From the NCBI GenBank assembly GCA_002269645.1, contig NIVC01001269.1, positions 1 to 64,000 of the forward strand: a stretch of DNA of 64,000 bases, read 5' to 3'. The notes beneath the pieces are model-generated. The model had not been told where the DNA came from. It ran no database searches and worked only from the letters and a program-made list of their open reading frames with translations. Positions 12,464 to 24,810 of the stretch are shown piece by piece; the stretch's first letter is position 1; the number at the start of each line of letters is the position of its first letter. This DNA comes from Macrostomum lignano (lineage: Eukaryota). The position numbers and the translations under genes were made by a program.

Positions 12464-13567
12464 ATGGTGAGTTAAAGCATCATGGTTTTTCTTTGAAGCT
12501 GAAACCACGAATAATCAATGACCTTGACGTTTATCCACCTCTAGACCAACGAGACAATTAGCAACCTCATCCCGTCTGAAGGAGGCTTCGAGAAATTCAA
12601 CAGGTTGATCTTCTCCTGGCTATTCCCCCTCGTGATGGCATTCGGGACCTTCGGCAACGCCTCGTGCATGCTGGTGCTCCTGCGAAGACCAAAGTGCTTT
12701 CCTTTCTCTGTCCGGCTTAGCATGCTCAGCTGCTGCTTCGTGGACTTCCTGCTCGTCGCTGTGAAGTCCATCACGCACTATTTGTCCCCAGTCGTCATGG
12801 GAACAATCCTAAACGTTAGCGACTATAGAAGGACCTCGAGCTTAGCCGTGTGCATCTTATACTACTGGCTAACCATCTGGCTTCTGCATGGTAGCCCGTT
12901 TTTCCGTCTGGGCCTCTGCTTTCACTCGCTTGCCGTGACTCTGGTCCCGCTCAAGCAGGCCACGTTGCTATGCAAAAGGAACGTGGCACTGTACCAGCTG
13001 CTACTGCTGCTGTTGAGTCTTATACCCAGCACCAGGATGTTCAGCACCTACTGGGTTGTTAAGTTACACAAATGCTTTTTCTATGAGGACTGGATTGAGG
13101 TTTTCTACAGGATATTCACGGTGTTTGTAGGCCGAATTGTAGTGGTAGTGTGTCTGTTGGTGACCCTGCTGGTCATCTTGCTGGGCGTAAGGCGCACGCG
13201 GGACCACCTGCGCGGATCGGCAGTGTCTGTCAGAGGGCCCCAGACCAAGGCAGTGACCAGCATCTTTGTGATGACTAGCGCCATTTTCTTTGTGTGTGAA
13301 ATGCCGTACAGCATACTTAGAATGCTTCAGACGCTGGAGTTAGTCCATTGGACAAGGATGCTCAGCTACATTGCTCTTCTGCTGAATGGTCTGATGTACG
13401 TAAACCCGGCCCTGAACTGGCTGCCCTGCCTGATTGGAGCAAAGTTCCGGCTCGAATGCATGAAGATGTTCTGCTGCTTGTGCTGCCGGTCTCTAGATAG
13501 GTCCAGATTCGACGACATGTCAAATATACAGCGGTCAAATCAGCAGAGAGCAACCACTAGTACCTAA
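12464..13567 (+). CDS. Class-A-like 7TM receptor, paralogue 3 (intact, 2 exons)
   Basis: ATG 12464-12466, intron 12467-12544 (gtgagt...ctctag), exon 12545-13567. Near-identical to paralogue 2 through TM5. Confidence 0.85.
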
Positions 13568-15591
13568 GCGATGCAGTCTGCCTGATGAGATAAATAGGAA
13601 TCCAACTTGGTTCCGACAAAAACAAGTATAAGAAATCTAAAAGCCCTCTGAATTTAAGAGGTCCCACATTGTCAACTTATCAATCACTCTGTCCACAACA
13701 CTATAGCTACAATTTAGCTTTTCAAGCCAGCTACCACGTAATCCAAACAAGACTGTTAGAAATTGAAATATCCCTTTATCACCTTCCTATAATCTTATTT
13801 TGTTTTCTTCGTTTTTTTCGAACACGAAGCACTATTTATAACTATACAGTCTCAAGACTTGCTATGTGCATGCACAAAAAACTTTGCAAACGTTATCTAC
13901 TTAGCTTGAAAGCAGCTGTATCCATTAAAACGCTTGCTTGAAATCAAGACGTAAATAACGATCACGGTATACAGTGAACTTTTTTAAATAGCTAACCTGA
14001 TAAAAGACGCTGAATGTCGAAATATGTCCTTAATAGATGTTTTTCGTGTAAAATACATAATGTAAACTGAGAATTAAAACCTAAAAAACTTGCACTTTCC
14101 AGATTTAAGTGAGAAAAATCAAGCACATTCAGCAAAATTGACTCATCATTCTTTGCGATAGTTTCTTCTCGGGCTGGTATGAGCTAAAAGATCGCATAAT
14201 GAAGTTGCAACTTGTTTTTTTCTACTACTTTTAGTAAGAAACGGAGCATCTAGGCAATTGCATTATCTCATCTCATCTAAAAATTTTAAAATTGTTTTTG
14301 GGCTTTGGAAGAACCAGTAAACTTAGAACTTTTTATGCGAAGTATAATGCAAAATTGGGAAAAATAAAAGAACAAATCCTTGTACTCGTATATTTCTGGT
14401 ATTGTACATTTGTTAGTTTGCAACCGGAATGCTAACTAAATGAAGACTGCTCAGAGAAGGCTCACTCGAACCCCAGTCAAAGGACGCCTTAAATTACACG
14501 TCAAGAAAAGATCATTCTTCATTTGATGGCGGTTGAACCCGTCCTTAAAAATGCATTTTCTTAGAGATTTAGAACAAGATTTTTTTATCGTTTCGTAATT
14601 TTGAGTCATGTCTGTCTTAGTAGACTTCTTTTTCAATTTTACAGTTGCAGTAAATTTTATTGGGGTTTTACTTCACGTGCCATCATCATTTGTGATTGCG
14701 TAACAATGAGAGGTCGTTGAGCACTTTAATGTATCCAATGAAGTTCCTTATTTACTCCAGTTGCTGAATATGGTAAGTGACAGAAATTGTTGAAACGAAA
14801 TCAAATTCAATGCTTTATTTTTGTTTAACAGAATGCTGCACTGACTTCACAAACGATTGAACTTCTTCAACTTTTCATAGGCTCGACTAGGAGAGGGGGC
14901 TGTTCCAGTAAAATATCCTGTAAAATGCTATAATTCCATAACACTTAAAAAAAGAAGAAAATACTTTTTCTTGGCTCTTTACTTGTCAACACACGGAGTA
15001 GACGACGTTCAGATAGGTAGCAAATGTGGAAACCTTGCAGTCGAAGTAGCCATGATGACCCACTCCATTTTTATACATTAATCAGCTGTCAACTCCTCAA
15101 GCTGTCTTTCATTACGGCTGTGGCTAAATTCAAATCAAGCAGGAAATGGAAATGCATAGCCAATGAACGCAGAGTTGAGGTGAATATAGCTTCTACGGAC
15201 TGGCTGAGACTGGACTGGTCCAGTGATGAAAAAATGTTTTATATGAAGAATATAAAAACATACCTGCCTACCGACAGACCATTTTTAGTATACGGAAGTA
15301 GCGGATATCATATTAAGATGCTCGGTATCTGAAACAGAATCTAAACAGCTATTTGAAAACCTCGAAAATATGGTGGTGAGTAATTTCTGGGGGGCCTGGC
15401 GCTTCTTCTTAAAACCGGGCAGAATAATTTACGATTTCGTCCTTTTAAAAGCTCTTCAGACTAAATAATGACCCGGGTAAAAATTCAAAGAATAATTTCT
15501 CACATCCATCGAAGTATAGGAATAAGATAAAATTTTAATAATCACAGGATGGCTGTAAGCCACCCTGATGCCACGCCTAAGACGACAAAAT

Positions 15592-15730
15592 CCCACAACC
15601 ATCGCCGAGGCAACTCTGCCCATTCCGCTGTCTTCTGAGCACATACAGTCGTGCTAATGCTGTACACAGGTCTGCACACATTCATACACACTCTCACACA
15701 GGGTGTACAGGGTAATCGTCAGGAATTTAC
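15592..15730 (+). repeat. Dispersed repeat family B, copy 1
   Basis: Shares ctgcccattccgctg...ctgagcaca...ctgtac...cacaca(g/a)ggtgtaca...taatcgtcagg with four other copies in the window. Confidence 0.75.
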
Positions 15731-15873
15731 ACTCTCTGTGTCAAAAGTCCAAAAATAGTCTGAAAGGCATCTTCATCAATTAGAATTTAATATCCTCCAT
15801 TGAGGTGTGTTGAGTTTTCCTCAACACAGTTTTGAGTTTTGAGGAGCCGCTTGTGTTTTCCTGTTTTCCTAGA

Positions 15874-16497
15874 CCTCCGCATCCTCATAAACTAGACCTC
15901 CGCATCCTCATCAGCTAGTCAGCATCCTTCATCAACTAGACCTCATCATCCTCCATCAACTGGTCAGCATCCTCATTAACTAGACTTCCGCATCCTCATC
16001 AACTAGACCTCCGCATCCTCATTAACTAGACCTCCGCATCCTCATCAACTAGACCTCCGCATCCTCATTAACTAGACCTCCGCATCCTCATCAACTAGAC
16101 CTCACCATCCTCATCAACTAGACCTCACCATCCTCATTAACTAGACCTCCGCATCCTCATCAACTAGACCTCCGCATCTTCATTAACTAGACCTCCGCAT
16201 CCTCATCAACTAGACCTCCGCATCCTCATCAACTAGTCAGCATCCTTCATCAACTAGACCTCACCATCCTCATCAACTAGACCTCACCATCCTCATTAAC
16301 TAGACCTCCGCATCCTCATCAACTAGACCTCCGCATCTTCATTAACTAGACCTCCGCATCCTCATCAACTTGACGCTCAGCATCCTTCATCAACTAAACC
16401 TCATTATATCCTCATCGACTAGTCAGCGGCCAGCATCCTTCATGAACTAGACCTCAGCATCTTTATCAGCTGGACACTCATCATCCTTCATCAACTA
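15874..16497. repeat. 23-bp minisatellite
   Basis: Unit catcctcatcaactagacctccg with variants. Confidence 0.9.
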
Positions 16498-16956
16498 CGA
16501 GTATCTAACACTTCAACGAAGTTGCTGAATCGATTCAATAAATGATATACCATAAGTATATCCTATAAGTATATCATTGATCAAACTCTAGATTTAATCA
16601 CTGTCTCAATAATCCCGGTTACTGAAAGATAAATTCCGTCTCTGACAGGTCAAGGACGCCAAAACAGCGTAGGCGAACTTCAATGCACTTTTAGTCTACA
16701 CGCTTTTATTAACATCGAATGCAGGCCCAGCCCAAGCATGTCATAAAAGGTAATTAGATTCAGTGGACAAACAAGCATTCTACCTACATACGTTACAACA
16801 AAATTATCATCAATTAAAGGAACTGAGTAAACATTCCCACGCGTTGAAGTTCAGGCCTGCATTAGCAAATCCCACTTGAGCGTCTGCAACTTACTCACAG
16901 AGTTACAGGAGCTCTAAAGGCTAGTCAAATATTGTAACTCTATCCATCCATTCCAG

Positions 16957-18007
16957 TCAAACGCATCTTCGACTAGCGCATCGCTTGAGGCCTATGAAAT
17001 CTTCTACAGACTTGTGTTTTCCTGGCTCTTTCCACTGCTGATGCTGTTCGGAACCTGGGGAAATTTATCCTGCCTGCTGGTGCTGTTAAAGAGGCCCAAG
17101 TGCTTTCCACTCTCAGTGAGACTCAGCATGCTCATCTGCTGCGTTATCGATTTTTTACTAGTCTCTGTCAAGTCAGTGACGCACTATCTATCCCCCAACG
17201 TGATGGGAACCATTCTAATGGTGCACGACTACAGAAAGAACACGAGCCACTTTGTGTGCATCGTTTATTACGCCGTCACCTTCTGGCTGCTGCACGGCAG
17301 TCCCTTCATCCGGCTGGGGCTGTGCTTTCACTCGCTGGCGGTCACGCTGGCCCCGCTGAGGCAGGCCAGTCTGCTTCGGAAGCGGAATGTGATCATCTAC
17401 CAGCTAGTGCTGCTCCTGCTCAGCTTTGTGCCATGCATCCGGGTAGCCAGCTCGTTCTGGTCCACCAGATCAGACCGGTCTGTTCCGCAACGATTCAATT
17501 GAAGTTTTCTATCGGATTTTCACTGTTTTTGTGAGCAGACTTTTTGTTGTCTGCTGTCTGCTGGTCACGCTGCTGATTATCTTGATTAGCATGAGGCGCA
17601 CGAGGCAACAACTTGGCGGCTCGGTGGTCTCTGGGGTCAGGAGCGGGCCGCAGACAAAGACTGTCACCAGCATCTTTGTTTCGACCAGTCTGATCTTTTT
17701 TGCTTGCGAAATGCCCTACAATGTGGCCAGGGCCCTGGTCAACCTAGAGCTGGTCAAGGAAAGTGTTTCCATAAAGCAGACGCTGCTCATGCTAAACAAC
17801 CTGCTGTACCTGAATCCGGCGCTAAACTGGATGCCCTACCTGATTGGCCGCAAGTTTCGACGCTTGTACACCGAGTTTTACAGCTGCAACAAGTGCTGCC
17901 GAAGCAGAGCAACCAACGTCCATGGACAGAGACGCGAGCATATTCTGATGCCAGAGAGCTCTGTTCAAAGAAATAATCTTGATAATGAGCAGGTGTACAC
18001 TTACTGA
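16957..18007 (+). pseudogene. Class-A-like 7TM receptor, paralogue 4, single frameshift
   Basis: Acceptor ttccag at 16956, then SNASSTSASLEAYEIFYRLVFSWLFP. The frame breaks near 17479 (about -2 bp versus paralogue 1) and resumes LFRNDSIEVFYRIFTVFVSRLF to the stop at 18007. Could be an assembly indel in an intact gene. Confidence 0.7.
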
Positions 18008-18349
18008 CTGCTGAGACTGAAGTAATTTCCGTGCTGTTTGATGACCATGAGCTCAAAAAGCAATTAAATAGACAGTTTGAAATCTTAAAATGTTATCTGC
18101 GAAACCATCTATTAGCTCTTACGGCAAAATATCCCCTGTAGCACCGTCCCATTCTCCTGTCTTTCTCCCATAGTGAGGAGTCTTGCTTCTATTGCAATTT
18201 TATTCTCTATGAACCCCTTTTACTCGTAGTATCATAGCTAACAGATTTGCTTGCCTCTTTCTTTTTATTTTATTTATTTTTTACGTCATTTTATCTGCTA
18301 ATAAAATGCTTCATTTTAAATGTTTTCTAATCTCGACTATTATAACAAT

Positions 18350-18625
18350 AATTAAAAAAAATAATAATTTATTACACCTACCCTAATAGGGAGATGTCCA
18401 ACCGACAACTCAGCCGCAGTTATTGCTGCGCACGGTTGTTCAGTCCAAGGACTGGGGAGTCGCCACACACCCTCAAATACCCCAGCTAATGCTGTCACCC
18501 ATTTTACAGCTGATTGAACTGAAGCAATACAGAGTTAAGTGTCTTGCTCAAGGACACAAATTGTTCCGATTGGGGTCGAGAATCGAACCCTCGACCTTTC
18601 GGTCATGAGTCCGTCCGTCTCTGTA
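18350..18625 (-). mobile_element. tRNA-derived SINE family A, copy 1
   Basis: Minus strand reads B-box ggttcgattc, then tgtgtccttgagcaagacacttaactctg...cagctgtaaaatgggt, then a TTA-rich tail. Confidence 0.75.
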
Positions 18626-19275
18626 CATGAGCGAGTACATGATTTCCTTTTCTCTCTGTCTCCCGCCAAACTTGCGCGATCCCCCTTCTCACCCAGTCTT
18701 CTCACCCACATTTTTCACTGTTATTACTTCTATTTCTACGATTTCACCTACAGTGTACATGCACTCACCCACTCTTTCCCCAACTGCTCACGCAACTCCC
18801 CTATTGTTGGCTCTCTTTCCCCGCCGCATACTATTTTCTTCCGTTATATTACTCTAAGTACACATCTTCATACATTGTCCTCCCTAATCCTTCCTAAGTT
18901 TCTACGTCGTAGTTGGTTCGCACAGCCTTGCACACCCCATTTGCACAATTTTTTATCTACTGTTCAACCCGTTACTTTCCTATTTCCTGGTTTGCTCCTT
19001 TGTTCTCTGACCCTCTATCTCTACCGGACCCCCGAATTGCGTCACTGTCTACTCGAATGCGCCCACCTCCCTCCAAATCTTCATTCTCCCTCATTTACGA
19101 GCGTATCACGGGTGACCCGAAAGATAATATTTTTTTTAGAAACAGGTCAGTGACTTCAGAAGACCGGGGCCGATCAGAAAGAGGGTATCATGGCAACGAC
19201 CTTGGAAAGCATCTTGTGACCAACTAAACACCTTTTGAACACCAATGAAAGTATGCGTAAAGAAGTCTAAAAACC

Positions 19276-19598
19276 TGCCTACTGATCACCCTGATGGTGA
19301 TTCTGGTCAGTGTGAAGGGCACCCGCAAGCAGCTGGGTGGCTCGGTCACCACATGCGGAGGTTCACGACTTGGCTGTCAGACAAAGATCGTGCCAAAAAT
19401 CTTTGGCTCGAACGGCCTCATCTTCTTTGCTTGTGAGAGTCCTTACAGCATTATGAGAGCCCTGGTCAACCTGAATATCGTAGAGGAAAGTGAAGAACTA
19501 TTCGATATATGTTGTTCTCCTGAATATGCTCTGGTGTACCTCAATTCCGTGCTATACTGGCTAACCCTTACCTCATCGGAATAAATTTTCGTCAGCAG
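19276..19598 (+). pseudogene. 7TM receptor fragment, paralogue 5 (TM5-TM7 only, decayed)
   Basis: CLLITLMVILVSVKGTRKQLGGSV...QTKIV...LIFFACESPYSIMRALVNL aligns with paralogue 4. TM1-4 are absent and there is a frameshift near the end. Confidence 0.8.
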
Positions 19599-20602
19599 CG
19601 GAATTTTCGGAATTTCATCATTGATAGTATATTTTTGGAACTCTGAATACTACTTCAGATAATTCTAGAATAGGAAACTGATGTAAAAACTTGTATCTCC
19701 AGCACATTTTTGGTGAATCGAAACGATTTGTAATGTAGGAAACAATTTCGAAAAATACGCAAAATCGTCTGCCGTATTTAAAACAAAACATTTAAATCAG
19801 ATAAAAGTAGGTAAGTTTCATAGGCGAGCTGACGATACTCATAGGCGAGCTGACGATATAGCAAGAGGCGCATGCAGTGCAAGATATCAGGAAACAAAAT
19901 AGTACATACGAGCTACTTCATAGAAGGTGAAAAGGTTCGTATTGTCAGTGGCATTCATTTTGAAATAGCTATAAGCAAAACGAGAAACGGGTTAAAGCGC
20001 GATCAAAGTTAGTGCACCACAAAAGCAAAAGCAGTATAATAGTTTTTATAGTAATTACGATGCTCTCGGTTGAAGCACGAGTGTCTTTTGATGTATGAAA
20101 ACAGTAGCAGTAAACCAAAATTAACTTCATTTATTTTTATCTAGAAAAATTCCATAACCACTTTTTGACAAATGGGTAAAGCAGACAGAATAACAAAAAG
20201 CTTCTCGTGGTTAACAGGCGTCACATCGTCGACAGGTGTGAGCCACGTGCCAAAACGTCACTGACATTAAGCAATTTAGCAGATACTCAGAAGGCAAATA
20301 AGTCATTTTCATAGTTTCAATCATTGCTGATTTAAAGATGAGCGAAAGAGCTTTGACAATTTCACAAAAAAATTGTTGCGAGTGACACCTAATTACTAAA
20401 GAAATATAAATTGGCTACTTTTATTGTTTGCAAACATGCAGAAAACGAAGGCTTTCCTTAGAGCTAGCTATATCTAATAAAAACAATGATGTAAAGACGT
20501 CATAATTATGATTTCACGTATCCGTACGTAGCAGAAAGTAGTTAAAAATTAGCATAAAGATGCCTAATTAGTTATTTTACAATCACACAGTTTCGAAGAG
20601 GT

Positions 20603-23600
20603 CTATCGTAGAGGTGGAAACCTCAGTCTTTTCCTATTTGTCGATCGGTAGCACGCGATCGTCCTGTTTTCATTGGTTGCTGCTGTGGTGTGCGATGCGA
20701 ACGGCAACACTGACATCAGGTCGTCGTTCATCAAATCGAACTGGTTGATAAGTACGTTGCACAGCGTCAGAATGAATCTTCCAGAACACATGCTCCCTTT
20801 GACAACACTATGGATGTACAGACAGTCCTCATGTTGACCTACGTTCAGGTCGCCGACGCTTCGAGCCTCTGTTCGCGCCTGAACATTGCCTCGGTTTGCT
20901 TGAACAATAAAAACCTTGGGCTTGTTTTTCAGCTGCGGGCACATTCTGAACTGTTTGTACACACTTTTCAGTGAGACGCGACTTCCGTCAGCTGAGTACA
21001 CGTAGCCCTGCTCTCCGTGCGACAGGATGCAAAGAACAAGTGCGTCCTCCTCAGCGTACTCTTCTGGCTGCCGGTCAATCGTCAGGAGGTGACCGAAGGT
21101 CTCATGAGACGGGTTATTCAAGCTGAGGACGTCGAAGCCTAGCCGACTAAAGCAAATATAAAATCTATCGTCCATGAGAGATCGCGGTGGAAGATTTGTC
21201 TCTGGTGGAAAATTAGTGACTTGTATTAGGATGGCTCTTCCGCGACGTGCACTTTGCATCGGATAGTACGGAGAAGAATCTGGATCGTCTGGACCACCAC
21301 CATCATCGCCACCACCGCCACCACCTCCACCACCACCACCGCCACCACCTCCACCACCACCACCGCCACCATCGCCACCACCACCACCGCCATCTCCGCC
21401 GTGGCCGTTGCCTCTGTCGCTTGGCTCCTCCACAGGAGAGTTGGATGGATCGCCGCTCTCTTCAGGTTGGTAGCCGCAGCCGGTTTCGCTATCAATACTT
21501 AATCCACTTTCGCTTCCTTCGCTTGTTGGTGCGTGCTGTAATCTAAAATTATAATATATTGCCTGTGTTTGAATACTAATCCAAAGTAACTACGAGATCA
21601 AGATAAAATAGCAAACAACTTACATCAAGCGTGAACAGTTGATGTGACCGGAAAACTTCGCCCATTGATAAGCGTTCATATCCCTCTCTCCGGTCAAGCG
21701 CCAGTAATTCGCGTCTTTCATCAACTCTCCGAATATTTTAATGACCTCAATGTGGCCGCAGCGAGCAGCCCAGATCAGAGGTGTGTTGCCGAAGCAATCT
21801 TTCAGCCATAAATTTGCTCCGAAGTCACACAACATTTTGAAAGTTCCTGCGTGACCCTGTTTTGCTGCGTGGACTGCAGCTGAAAATTTATACACGTCCT
21901 GAAAAACAATTAGCATTTTCTTAGGGTTTCATTCATACCAAAAAGCAGGTTTAAATTTTTAACCTCACCTGGCAATCTATATCAGCTTTCATTTTGATGA
22001 GCTGCTCCAAAACAGATTTCTGGTCATTTATGGCCGCCAGAATCAGCGGGGTTTGTCGAAGATTATTTTCTCTATTTACTTCTGTCGTCATAGTGCTGGC
22101 GTTGTTTGTCAATATTTTCTCAAACGCTATCAGGACTTCTTTGTGGCCTTTGAGGGCGGCCCAGGAAATGGCTGTCCGACCCATTACATCCTGGACACTG
22201 ACCAGGGATGTGTCAGAATTTCTATTGAGCAGCGATAGTACCAGGTCATGTTTGCCTCTGGCGGATGCGATTGTTAGCAGAGTCTGATTCAAAGTCCCAA
22301 ACTTGTGGGCTGTATTCTCCTGAGATCTGCACAGGGCTGCAAGCTGCGCGTCCGACCACTTATCCGGGGACGCAGAGCTGAATATCCTAATTTGTGATGC
22401 GATAGATGGATGTAATGGATGTGATACGAGTATCTTTCACTTTTGATAGCCCCAGATGTATAGCATTTTATTTGTCTATCTAATAAAATAACAATTAAAA
22501 CATCAAATGGAATTTAATTATCAATGGTTGCTAATAAAGTTTGTACTTAAGAGATTAAAGCAGTGGTATCTGCGGATGTCTAAAACCAAGAAACATGGCT
22601 AACAGTGACAATAACTTACTGCACATCGTCAGATGCAGCGCTATTCAAGAAGAATTTCTTGATCAGACTGGTGACTGCAGAAGCTTCAGTACCGAATTTT
22701 TCGGATCCACCTTTCATCTCGGGCATGCCCAGCCGCCTGTTCACCTCTGCCACCACGTTCACAATGTGCTCTTTGCTGAATTTTTCCTCTTGAACAACGG
22801 AGCATAGAACCTCAGCAAGCGATCCCTTCTCGCCTAGTGAGCCACCGCGGCAGAGAAGAAAGTCTTTCTCAGGAAGTTTAAACGACGTCTCTTCCAGCGG
22901 GCAGGCGTTTAGGGTTTCAGGCTGCTGCTCAGTCTGAACAAAGAAGATCTTCGGTTTGTCCTTTAGAAAGGAGCACTGGTTGACTCGGAACCTGGCCACG
23001 ATGTCTCTTACTTCGACCTCTTCACCGTCGCTAGCGAAGAAGCTGGCACCGGTCCCGTGTCCGATGATGAAGCACACGAAGCTGCCCACGTCGCGGAGAT
23101 CGGACCTGACTATTTTGTTGACCGCTGCAAAGATTTCAGCACTAGTAGGCTTACTTGTGCATGGTTGGATTGTAAAACCAAGGTTTTCGAAGGTGTCGGT
23201 AATTATTTTAACTTCCTTCTGTTGGTTGTGGCTTGAGCTGCGATTGTAGGTCTCGACACTTATTACCAAGCACAGGCCTTTTGCCGTAATGCTCTCTGTG
23301 TATATGTCGTTTTCCGGCTTGTTTGAAGTTGAACTAAATGAAAATGTGCAAAATAGATTTCCAAATATTTTCACCACAATGATTCGAAAGATTCAAATTT
23401 TAGCAAAGATTTGTGTGAAGCTGACTTACGCGACAACTTGCTCTTCGCCAATCCTAACATGCGAATGAGCCCCATCAAACTGTAGCTCATGTTCCTCTTG
23501 GCCTTCCGTTTCAAACGCAGGAACCTTGCACGTCAGTCCTCCTTGTTCTGGTTTAGAAAAATATTTAAGTTAGTACTAGATGTACGTCACCTGGTGCCAG

Positions 23601-24810
23601 TGGCCAAAATGCCAGGTCAATTCGATATTCAAGCCTTGTACGAGCTAGAAAGCCAGAAAAGTTAGGAATCGAAAAGTCGGGAAAAACATGCATGTGATTG
23701 CTTTACCTTGATCATAAATGAGAGGATGCTTCATCAATTCGATAGCCAGCATCCGGTCACTCGGTTGTTTTTCAGTGCATTTGTTATAGAAATCTTTCAG
23801 ATTAGCCGAGCAACTTTCCGGAAGCACTGGAGCCCCCTGCCGTTCCACCCGGCGAACAATGGCCAGCATGTTCTTGCACTCCCAGTAGGGCCGTTTGGCG
23901 ATCACCATCTGGTAGATCACGCAGCCGAACGCCCACACATCGGAGGCGCAGCTATAGGGAGGGTCCTCGGTCTCAGAAGACAGGAACATCTCAGGCGCCA
24001 TGAAGTGCGGGTCGCCTCTCTCCCCAGTGGACGGATGCTCCGTTACTGTTTGGAGAATCTGGATGGCCAGACCAAAATTGACGATCACAATTCGATCGCC
24101 CGGACAAACGAGCACCGTCTTGCAGTTGATGTTACGGTGAATCACCGGATCGTTGAGGCCGTGCAAATATGAAAGGGCGTCGCATATCTGAAATCAGTCG
24201 GTGATTCAGGATTTTAATATCGTTGTTTAAATAAGCAGCCGAACACGTTTTTAAAATAATTGCCAATTTTTACTGTTAATTTTCTTATCCGCGTTTAAAT
24301 AAGTGGTCATGGACTTCTTAGTGAAGTCGTGTATTTTTCTATTAGCTCATTAGCTCGTAGAAGTCATTAAGACCCTTCGAGTACCCTTCAAGCCCTGGCT
24401 GGGTTCATGGCAAAAAAAACTTTCGATAATGTACAATTTTGCAATTATTTATTACGCACCTGTCTTGTAAGATTACAAATGCTCTTCTCCGGCAAGCCTT
24501 GTTGGGCGGTGATATGCCGTTCCAGAGTTACCGGTCCCGAAAGCAAGCTCATCTGTACGGTCACGCACATCTGCTCCTTGTCCACCATGATTCGTTTGAA
24601 TTTGACCACGTTTTTGTGATCCAATGCGCACAGCTTCTTAGCCTCTTTGTCGCAAGCCTTAGTCAGAGTTTCTAGCTTATCATGAGCTCCAGCTTCGACA
24701 AGATGCCATGGCAGGCGGATTTGTTTTACAGCCTGCAGTTGCTCTGCCTCGCCCACCGCTTCGGCGTAAGTTTCGCCTCGATCGCCTCTCGATAGAAGCT
24801 CCCGGACCAT
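20603..24810 (-). CDS. Gene A: pseudokinase - caspase-like - ankyrin repeats - poly-Gly - caspase-like protein (1095 aa)
   Basis: Exons 24810-24460, 24187-23707, 23547-23430, 23333-22620, 22377-21969, 21898-21624 and 21542-20603. All introns are GT-AG with phases 0,1,2,2,0,2 and the total is 3288 nt in one open frame. Kinase motifs AVK, HRNINCKT, VNFG, MAPE. Caspase motifs IIGHG/KPKIFFVQTEQQ and ILSHG/KPKVFIVQANRG. Ankyrin motifs GRTAISWAA, QTPLILAA, GNTPLIWAARCGH. An extra upstream exon cannot be excluded. Confidence 0.85.

Noticed and set aside
19818-19858. 21-bp direct duplication (tcataggcgagctgacgata x2)
   Set aside because: A single local duplication with no further structure
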